Assembly (NCBI GenBank): GCA_052168235.1
Contig: JBQLZK010000065.1
Location: 1 to 37,830, forward strand
Source: Thainema sp.
Lineage (GTDB): Bacteria > Cyanobacteriota > Cyanobacteriia > Phormidesmidales > Phormidesmidaceae
Length of the DNA: 37,830 nt
Direction of reading: 5' to 3'
Part shown: piece after piece, positions 23,498 to 31,097 of the stretch
Numbering within the stretch: position 1 is the stretch's first letter
Layout: every line of letters starts with the position of its first letter
Made by a program: the position numbers and the translations under genes
Notes under the pieces: model-generated
The model's database searches: none
The model's input: the letters and a program-made list of their open reading frames with translations, nothing else
What the model was told of the DNA's origin: nothing

Positions 23498-23743
23498 ATG
23501 TTCCTTATTATCATTGCTGTCATTGGCATGGTTGCTTGGTCACTGCATCTCATGCAGCAAGCAATCGAAGTCCAAGAATTTTCTCTCATGTTGGCCGGTT
23601 GCCTGGTGGCAGCTGCGGCTGCCGCTATGATGGTGGTTTATTTTTTGATGGGAGATTACGTTGTTTACATGACACATGCGTCTCACACAACTAGTTTTTT
23701 CCGAGTGGTTTCGAGTGGAGCCGAGACTGTTACGAGCTTTTGA
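23498..23743 (+). CDS. Small two-TM membrane protein (hypothetical)
   Basis: 81 aa with two hydrophobic segments flanking WSLHLMQQAI...EFSLMLAG. Confidence 0.7.
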   Translation: MFLIIIAVIGMVAWSLHLMQQAIEVQEFSLMLAGCLVAAAAAAMMVVYFLMGDYVVYMTHASHTTSFFRVVSSGAETVTSF

Positions 23744-23929
23744 GCTGTTGCAGAACTGCTCAACCGATTTGGGGTGAACTCTGGCGTGTATCTGAACGCA
23801 TCAGTTTTTAAGCAATCGGCTTTTCCAATTGAATCGTTGCAAGCGAACAGCATGGCAGAGCGCCATGCTGCTTTGTTTATGAGCTGGATAGACACACGTC
23901 GTGCTGTGAGAGAGTTGTCTGAATACAGG

Positions 23930-25780
23930 TCAACTACGTGCGATCGCACCTGTCAAAAACCAGTTTCCACTCGGATTAAAACGGCCCTGTACGGCAACTT
24001 GGCACCCGTCTGGGAGGTCTATCAACTGCTGATTCACCTGTGGCCACAGCGTCACTAGCAACAGTTTGGACGGCAATTCTGAGAACGGCGTAGGTTGCTG
24101 TAGGTTGCTCGGATCAATTAACCAATATTGGTCGTTTTGTTTTTTGAACGTCCCGTGTATCTGCCAAACACCACCTGTAGGGGCGAATGGCCATTCGCCC
24201 CTACAATTACCATCGCCGACGTCCCTACCATTGTTGTGATGCTCAGAAACCATGCCGTCTACCGGATATTTTTCGGGGAATTGGCAGTAGAACAGCTGCT
24301 GGTTGGCCCAATCGGGGTCGGTCGGCAATACATTGAGCAATGGCACCACTGCCGCTGGTGCCGTTGGGTCGTAGACTAACGCCTGCTGGAGCGATCGCAC
24401 ATTTAAATCGCGGGGTTGAATGTCCTGTTCAATACAGAGCGCTGCCGCCATGCCTGCGGCTTGGCCGATGCCCAGAACAACAGGTTGCAGCCGCGTCGCC
24501 CCGTTGGCAATGTGGGAAACGGAGATATTTTTGTCACAGGCCAGCAAACCGTCTACCTGCTGCGGCACCAGTGCTTCGTAGGGAGTTGTGAACGGCGTTC
24601 CCGTCCAGCGACCGCCCCAGCGCACAGATTTGGGCGTCAGCGGTAACTGATCTCCGGGATAGTGGTGATCATTGGCGTAGTTGCCAACTGCGATCGCGCT
24701 CATTTGACCCTGTTGATTCACGGGTAATCGCGCCACCTGTCCGCCTGGGACGGGCAGGATATCGTCTTCGCGGATGGTCGTGACGCCAACCAAGCGCCGA
24801 CTTTCGCGATAGTAGGGATAAAGGGCAAACGCCCCACCACCCGGCGAATTGGGCACTGTGGGAAATGTGTTTTCGGCTAGACCATAGCGCGAGTCGATTT
24901 CAGTTTGGATAAAGTAGGCAAATCCCTGGCTGTAGTGCTTCGCTTCCTGCCAAAATTCTTGGCGGGCGGCATTCGATTCAATTAATCGGTTTAACTGCTG
25001 ACCGTAATCGTTGCCAGCCTGCGGCCAGTTGATCATGAATCGATTACCCGGCAATCGGCCATAGTTGAGGAATGAGGCAGCTCCGTAACCTTGCCAGGCA
25101 TTCTTAAAGGCAGCGGCAGAATATCCCGGTGGAGCGGGAATGGGCGGTGCGACATGCTCTGCACCGTAGTCCTGCATAATCACGACCCAGGTGGGCGACT
25201 GGACTGGATAGGTTTGCTGAAGATTGCGCAGACGGTCTGGATCGCGCTGTAAGGCGGATTGAATGGTCGGTTCTGGCGGGTCAAACTCGTCCCAGCCCCA
25301 GCGGTAGGAAGTGTGAGAACGTGCGATCGCATCTCCTAATTCCGTCCCATCTATTGTGATCGGGGCGTAAATGCTCAAATCTTGGAACTGTGCGCCGAGA
25401 ATTCGATTTCCTTCACGATAAATCTGGGTTGGCGTGCAGCCTACAATCCACTCCAGATTGGGCAGTTCCGCCACCCAGTCGGCAAAGATTTGGGCAGCAA
25501 TCGCCGGATCGTAGGTGAAGAAGCTCACCCAGGCGTGATCAAGTCCTTCTGACTGGCGCTGCTCCAGTTCGCGCAGAAACGCGCCCCACAGGCCCGTGTG
25601 AAAGGCAGCTAGTTCGTTCCCGTCGGGAGCCGCTACCCCTGCGGCGGTGAGCATGCCACCCAGCCAAGAATATTCGCTGACCAGGATTACCCGTGCGCCG
25701 CGCCGCGCCGCCTGGATGGCTGCTGCCGTGCCGCCCGTGCCGCCGCCAATCACCAGAATGTCAGTATGTCGCTCGGTCAT
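23930..25780 (-). CDS. FAD-dependent oxidoreductase (FAD_oxidored family)
   Basis: ILVIGGGTGG..AAIQAAR, WLGGMLT, IDGTELGD, PYYRESRR, KNISVSH..NGATRLQP...GQAAG; ATG 25780 (GTG 25786 alternative). Confidence 0.92.
   Translation of the reverse strand: MTERHTDILVIGGGTGGTAAAIQAARRGARVILVSEYSWLGGMLTAAGVAAPDGNELAAFHTGLWGAFLRELEQRQSEGLDHAWVSFFTYDPAIAAQIFADWVAELPNLEWIVGCTPTQIYREGNRILGAQFQDLSIYAPITIDGTELGDAIARSHTSYRWGWDEFDPPEPTIQSALQRDPDRLRNLQQTYPVQSPTWVVIMQDYGAEHVAPPIPAPPGYSAAAFKNAWQGYGAASFLNYGRLPGNRFMINWPQAGNDYGQQLNRLIESNAARQEFWQEAKHYSQGFAYFIQTEIDSRYGLAENTFPTVPNSPGGGAFALYPYYRESRRLVGVTTIREDDILPVPGGQVARLPVNQQGQMSAIAVGNYANDHHYPGDQLPLTPKSVRWGGRWTGTPFTTPYEALVPQQVDGLLACDKNISVSHIANGATRLQPVVLGIGQAAGMAAALCIEQDIQPRDLNVRSLQQALVYDPTAPAAVVPLLNVLPTDPDWANQQLFYCQFPEKYPVDGMVSEHHNNGRDVGDGNCRGEWPFAPTGGVWQIHGTFKKQNDQYWLIDPSNLQQPTPFSELPSKLLLVTLWPQVNQQLIDLPDGCQVAVQGRFNPSGNWFLTGAIARS
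24176..24205. repeat. GTAG-type REP-like perfect palindrome inside the oxidoreductase CDS
   Basis: TGTAGGGGCGAATGGCCATTCGCCCCTACA; the identical 28-bp core recurs intergenically at 37412-37439. Confidence 0.9.
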
Positions 25781-25790
25781 GTTCACTGGG

Positions 25791-27521
25791 TCAGGTAATA
25801 TCGTCTGCTGGCAAACAGGTCACGGTGGCGCGAACGGTGCCTGCGCGGTCGTGCTGGGCCATGAGGGAGATTTGAGTACCAGATGGGGCCTGCACAATCC
25901 ACTCGGCTTTGGCGCGATCGTCCGTCACGTCGGCATAGGGTAGTGGTCGCTTATAGGCCCGACCTTCCAACTGGCCGATATCAACGCTAGGCTTACCCGA
26001 CAGCAGCTTAGCCGCTGCGGGCAGGTAAATCTCCGCTCGGCAGCCCTGGACAATCTTGCGCTGCTTGGCCTGCTGCGTCACGTAGCTAGGTAGCCAGCCC
26101 GTGTTCTGTACCACCAGCCGCACTTCATAAATATCGTCGCCCAAGCACTTGGCCTCAGCCTGCCACAGCTCCAGCTTGGGCGAAATCAGCAGGTGCCACA
26201 CCAGCCATTTGGGAAACAGCGCCACCTCCCGCTCCAGATGCGAGGCGGGTGGATTGGCCCAGGTGCGAATCCAGTCCCAGCCACCCAGCTCAATCGTGCC
26301 CAATTGGGGATGTTCAAACGGATACCAGTCTACGTAACCCTTTCCGTCTAGTTCCTGATCGACCCAGCGCATGATTTTCAGGTCATCTTCTACCGGATGA
26401 TCTTGTCGCCAGTCCACCAGATCAATATTGTTTAGTTCGGCCTGCTGAGGTGGACTCCAGATTTCTACCGTCCAGGCAAATACGCCCTGATGCTCATACA
26501 TCCAGTCATCAAAGGCACCTGTGGCGACATCTTTATCAGGACGGAACTCGTGATAAATCGAGACGGCAGGATACTGGGTCAGCTCTGTGCCTTTTTGGCC
26601 AATCTGGTTGTAGACCCGTAGATCTTGAGTATCAAGTTCTTCATCTGGGCGATAGCTGAAGGGCCGCAGCAGCAAGCCACCATAGGTATGAAATGCGATC
26701 GCACCTGTGATATTGGGATGCTCGGTGACAAACTGCACCAGCGCTTGCGCTTCCGGTTCCGAGGTGGGATAGTCGCCAGCACCGGGCTGTTCGTGTTCCG
26801 GTCGCCACTGAGCCGGAAAGTTGCGATTCAAATCGAGCTGTTCTCGGTGGGGTTGCAGATTGATCAAAGCGCCATCATAGTTCTCAACTATCCCCTCTGG
26901 AAAAATCCGGTAGTAGGTGCCTCCGGTTTCCACCGGATCACGGCGCACCATCAGCCGAGGATCATCTGGGCACACTTTCCAAGCGCCACTCGGATCGGGA
27001 ATCCGCATGTGGAGAATCCGTCCGTCTCCATCCACGTCCTGTTGCACCAGTCCGTCTGGGGGGAAATCGTTGAAGCTAGCCGGATAGGGGCGAATGCTGG
27101 AGCGCACATGCTTTGGTTGATCCGCCAGTGACCACTCGGCTCCGTCCGGATTAACTCTAGGACAAATGTAAAAAACGCGGCTATCTAAACAGCGGGTAAT
27201 CTCTGAATCAGTGCCGTAGCTTTTAACCAGGCTATGCAGCAGATACAGGCAGGCAGTAGATGCAGCCAGTTCCACCGAATGAATATTGCCATCAACCCAA
27301 AGGGCTGGTTTTTCGGTGTCGATGCCGCTAGCAAAATTTGTTACTGTCAGCAACCAGATATCTCGACCTTTGTAGCTACGGCCAATGCTGTGAATTCGGA
27401 CTAGATTAGGATAAGTAGTAGCAAAATCGTGGAGTAGTCGAGTTAGCTCTTCATAACGGTAGAACTGGTCAAATCGAATTGGTGTTGCACCCACAAAGGT
27501 TGGCTCATTTATTGCTTGCAT
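25791..27521 (-). CDS. M14 family zinc carboxypeptidase
   Basis: GNIHSVE (HxxE), NPDG, DLNRNF, SEPE, AFHTYGG and the catalytic Glu region WTVEIW; no signal peptide. Confidence 0.92.
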   Translation of the reverse strand: MQAINEPTFVGATPIRFDQFYRYEELTRLLHDFATTYPNLVRIHSIGRSYKGRDIWLLTVTNFASGIDTEKPALWVDGNIHSVELAASTACLYLLHSLVKSYGTDSEITRCLDSRVFYICPRVNPDGAEWSLADQPKHVRSSIRPYPASFNDFPPDGLVQQDVDGDGRILHMRIPDPSGAWKVCPDDPRLMVRRDPVETGGTYYRIFPEGIVENYDGALINLQPHREQLDLNRNFPAQWRPEHEQPGAGDYPTSEPEAQALVQFVTEHPNITGAIAFHTYGGLLLRPFSYRPDEELDTQDLRVYNQIGQKGTELTQYPAVSIYHEFRPDKDVATGAFDDWMYEHQGVFAWTVEIWSPPQQAELNNIDLVDWRQDHPVEDDLKIMRWVDQELDGKGYVDWYPFEHPQLGTIELGGWDWIRTWANPPASHLEREVALFPKWLVWHLLISPKLELWQAEAKCLGDDIYEVRLVVQNTGWLPSYVTQQAKQRKIVQGCRAEIYLPAAAKLLSGKPSVDIGQLEGRAYKRPLPYADVTDDRAKAEWIVQAPSGTQISLMAQHDRAGTVRATVTCLPADDIT

Positions 27522-27980
27522 CGTTTCGTCAATTTCAAATGGTGAGATGATTGTCAGAAGCGTGGCTCAGTGCCTAACACGGAGTTAAAGCGATGGCCAA
27601 TGTATTTTGTTGCGAGATAAATATCCTCGCATAACCTTAGGATCTGTGGAGAAGTTGCCAGATTGTGTGACAGTTAATGTAAAAATTCTGATGGGATTTG
27701 TGAGGGATAGGCATTTAACAAACGCCAAATATCGATCGATATCCGATCAATATCAATTAATTTGGTGGATTTGGTTGCTTGTGTGGGTATAGTACCGACA
27801 TAATCAACGAGATGTACAAATTTTGGGGGGGGAATTCAAGACCAATGAATTAATCGACGAAGAGATGAGCGTGTAGCACGTAGCCTACACCAAATTTTGA
27901 AACTGAAGCATGAAATTTCCTAAAACGGCTTTAGTTGACTTGTATTATTCTGTAGTACGATATTTCGGAGGAAGAAGCTC

Positions 27981-28367
27981 ATGGAACATCTGCGGCTCGA
28001 CTCCAATCAGCCCGCCATGCGCGATCGCAAATCCAACCTGCTGTATCAACGTCTAGAAGAAGCCTTGCAGCAGGGCCAAGAGATTTGGGTACGGGCACTG
28101 GGCAGTGGTTTTTCAGGTATTCCAATTCATCTTGATCATGAATTTCTCGAAATTGTCTCGGTCTATGTTCCAGATGAGTCTGACTCCTCATTCGATGTTG
28201 ACCTTGATTGGCAAGATGACGAAGACGAAGATCCCTATCAGCGGACGGTTTGGCTAATCCGCATTGCCGACATCAGCGCTGTTGCCTACTCAACTGAATC
28301 CTGGTCAAAAGAACGATTTGAGCAACTGCTAGGTCATCCCCAATCACCGAAGGATGCCCAAGATTAA
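27981..28367 (+). CDS. Hypothetical protein, candidate Sm/Hfq-like fold with an acidic loop
   Basis: GGAGG SD, ATG and its own terminator; helix plus beta-strand pattern EIWV...FSG....D.EFLEI...WLIRIADISAV. Confidence 0.8.
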   Translation: MEHLRLDSNQPAMRDRKSNLLYQRLEEALQQGQEIWVRALGSGFSGIPIHLDHEFLEIVSVYVPDESDSSFDVDLDWQDDEDEDPYQRTVWLIRIADISAVAYSTESWSKERFEQLLGHPQSPKDAQD

Positions 28368-28383
28368 AGACGTTCAGGAATAG

Positions 28384-28418
28384 AAAAGAAAGAGCCGCTT
28401 CTGCGGCTCTTTCTTTTT
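28384..28418. terminator. Bidirectional intrinsic terminator
   Basis: AAAAGAAAGAGCCGC-TTCT-GCGGCTCTTTCTTTT between the convergent ORF 27981 and the pseudogene. Confidence 0.8.
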
Positions 28419-28439
28419 GGAGATTGTTTGAACTGTCAA

Positions 28440-29150
28440 CTAGGCCTGACTCACCATTGGCGTGGGGTCATCGCCTAAGACAGTCGGATTGCAAGCAGTC
28501 GGAAACGGCTGCTGCTTGAGCCAACAATCGCGCTAGGGTTGAAACGACAGCGCCAAAACGTGGCTCAGCTTGTTATCCGCCGGATCGGTATAGGCTGGCA
28601 CGCCAACCATAATTTCAGACTATGGCACATTGAGACGCAGCGTTCTGTGCAGCCGATCCCACCAGGGCAGAATGGCTGAGTAGTTAGAATTAGTTTCCTC
28701 GCGTACCTGGGGATGATGAATACCGTGCATCCGGGGCGTGACGAGGAGCCAGTTGAGCCGACGTTCTAAGGCGTGGGGCAGGCGCACATTGCTGTGATGG
28801 AATAGGGTATTAGACTGATAAAACAGCTCGTAGATCAGATAAATGGGCAGCGATGCACCGATTAGACCTGCCTGATCTGCCCGCAGCATCGCCGAGAACA
28901 GCATTTTGCCAAAGTAAAAGCGGAATCCAGTCGAAACATCTAGATCAGGATCACAATGGTGAGCATTATGAAAGCGCTCCAGGAATGGAATGCCGTGATT
29001 AGCGCGATGCCAGTATTAAAAGGTGAGATCCAGCAGCAGAAATGCGATCGCACCTCTCAGCCAAATGGTTATAGGTCGCGATCGCACCAGTCTAAAAGAG
29101 GCGTGATTGGCCCGTTGAATGCTAAAGAAAGCAGCGGTTTGTGCGATCGC
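28440..29150 (-). pseudogene. Sterol desaturase / fatty acid hydroxylase family pseudogene
   Basis: One frame reads LLDLTF*YWHRANH..FLERFHNAHH.DPDLDVSTGFRF..LFHHSN..VTPRMHGIHH..NSNY..WWDRLH..NVP*SEIMVGVPAY..FQP*RD. Stops at 29016-18, 28620-22 and 28533-35; the N-terminus appears to be missing. Confidence 0.9.
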
Positions 29151-29214
29151 ATCTCTTGATTCTTGAAAGTAGTCAATCTCGTTATCTACAGCTCTATTGA
29201 ATAGCTGGTGAACT

Positions 29215-29267
29215 AAATTGATTATGAACAGGCTGCCCCGCCGGGGCGGCCTATTCATAATCAATTT
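29215..29267. repeat. Long inverted repeat (26-bp arms, 24/26 Watson-Crick)
   Basis: AAATTGATTATGAACAGGCTGCCCCG-C-CGGGGCGGCCTATTCATAATCAATTT. Confidence 0.8.
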
Positions 29268-29503
29268 GAGATTGCTGTATTTCAAGGCACCTGACTCTGC
29301 TTAAAGAATATTCTGATGTATTCCAAAACCGGAATGCTACCATCAGCCCTAAAAATGAAAACAAAGAAAATTAACTGTGACTGCGATCGCACTGTGCTCA
29401 AAGATAGCCAAACTTTTACCCTTTCGTTGGTTGGCAAGAACTAGCCGGAGTGTTGGTAAAAATTAGGTTAACCTGAGGTAAGCAATAAGTTAACCTTGCC
29501 AGA

Positions 29504-30277
29504 GTGGTTGCCGTGAGAAAGTTCTTCAAGCGTGGGGATGTGCCTCTTATATGGTCTTCTAGGCCATATGATTTCCTGCTCATATATCTGCTGATCCTAG
29601 TATTGCTTGCTGATACAGTGTTTATTGGTATTCACATCTGCCGAGAGTATCTTCCCTTCATCTCAAGTCCACTGTTTGATATTGAACGCGATCGCAGCTA
29701 TGCAGAGTTTTTTCAGTACATCAAACTTCTGTGGTCTATTATTAATTTGTCTGTTATCGGTTTACTGATAGAGCGATTTTATTTGACTTGGAGCTTATTT
29801 TTCTGCTACTTGCTGGTTGATGATGCATTCTCACTTCATGAAAATCTTGGCAATCTGATATTTAGAAAATTAGGCTTTGCACCCCGAAGTATGAAGTGGA
29901 TGTCGCTAAGAATTCAAGATTATGGAGAAATACTCGTATCGTTATTGGCAGCTCTAGTCTTCTTATTTGTAATTGGTTGGGCCTATAAATATGGTTCGCG
30001 CTCATTTAGACATAAATCTATACGGCTTATAGGTTTAGTGGCCGCTTTAGCCTTCTTTGGCATAGTCGTAGATATATTCCACTCAATCACTGCTGGCATG
30101 AATCATTGGTTTTGGAAAAACCTGAATTTCTTAATAGGGGTCGTAGAAGATGGTGGAGAGATGATGATGATTAGCTTGATTTTTATTTATACCTTCACAG
30201 AAGTCAGCAAAATTAATAAGTACAAGCTGGAAGTGGAGACAGAAACGCTAGATGTTTCAAAAAATCACGGATTGTAA
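29504..30277 (+). CDS. Multi-pass membrane protein (hypothetical; start uncertain)
   Basis: About 6 hydrophobic segments; motifs DRSYAE.FQY.K, DD....HE, QD.GE, D..H and EDGGEM; AT-rich relative to the flanks. Confidence 0.8.
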   Translation: MVAVRKFFKRGDVPLIWSSRPYDFLLIYLLILVLLADTVFIGIHICREYLPFISSPLFDIERDRSYAEFFQYIKLLWSIINLSVIGLLIERFYLTWSLFFCYLLVDDAFSLHENLGNLIFRKLGFAPRSMKWMSLRIQDYGEILVSLLAALVFLFVIGWAYKYGSRSFRHKSIRLIGLVAALAFFGIVVDIFHSITAGMNHWFWKNLNFLIGVVEDGGEMMMISLIFIYTFTEVSKINKYKLEVETETLDVSKNHGL

Positions 30278-30400
30278 CACCTTATAGGCTTTCAATATAG
30301 GGCAAAGATAAGGCTCTATATCCTAGAGGACGGCAAAAGTGGCAACTCCCTCATCAGATGAGTTAGATTGATGCCGATCAACTTGTGAGACTTATACAAC

Positions 30401-31012
30401 ATGTTTAAGAACATAGCCGCTGATGCCCTGGGATTGAGCGATATTGGTGCTGTTATCAAACCCGCCGACTTTGACAAGGTGGAAACTGATAACTACGTTA
30501 TGCACGAAGAAAATGAAAAGATATATTTTCTGATTAAATCAAAAACCGACGAATACTGTTTCACCAATCTCGCCTTAATTCATCTCGACGGTACCTCCGC
30601 CACCAGCAAGCGGCGGATGCTGAATCGGTATCCATACCAAGTGAATGTCATTCGAGATGTGCGGCTAGAAACGGCTGGCACCATCGATATGGATATCGAG
30701 ATTAAATTTACGATGGGTAATTCTCAGTATTCTATTGCTGTTGCTAAAAACTACTTAACAGCGCTCAAGGATCTGTATAAGTCGTTGACAAAAATTGGCA
30801 CGATTCAGCATGAAAATAGCTTGATGTTTCAGTATGCCCAAGACAGCTTGAAAACAGCCACCAATTTGGGAAATCGCTTCAACGTTTCAGATTCGATTGA
30901 AGAGCAGTTTAAGGCCATTAATCAATACACCTTCAATTGGCTGAAATACGCTCAGCAAAACTATATGCGCGAAGACTTCGGCGAGGTTTTCGAGAAGTTT
31001 ATTAATAATTGA
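30401..31012 (+). CDS. Bacterial PH-domain protein, YvbH-like
   Basis: MFK.IAADALGLSDIG, IYFLIKSK.DEYCFTN.ALIHLDG, LETAGTID.D.EIKF, C-terminal DFG.VFEKFIN. Confidence 0.88.
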   Translation: MFKNIAADALGLSDIGAVIKPADFDKVETDNYVMHEENEKIYFLIKSKTDEYCFTNLALIHLDGTSATSKRRMLNRYPYQVNVIRDVRLETAGTIDMDIEIKFTMGNSQYSIAVAKNYLTALKDLYKSLTKIGTIQHENSLMFQYAQDSLKTATNLGNRFNVSDSIEEQFKAINQYTFNWLKYAQQNYMREDFGEVFEKFINN

Positions 31013-31097
31013 TCACTTAGCTAAAGGCGCGATCGCACCTCAGCCAATTTGCTATTCTGCCAATGGCATACCTTCGTCTCTAGGTGGCTCAGCTTAT

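Noticed and set aside
23683..24058. 88-aa and 94-aa ORFs between the small membrane protein and the oxidoreductase
   Set aside because: They overlap better-supported genes and show no motifs or convincing RBS.
28620..28904. 94-aa ORF as a stand-alone gene
   Set aside because: It is an internal fragment of the desaturase pseudogene between two premature stops.
29016..29285. 89-aa minus-strand ORF in the track
   Set aside because: It is chimeric: the N-half is read from the long hairpin and the C-half is the desaturase pseudogene up to its first nonsense codon.
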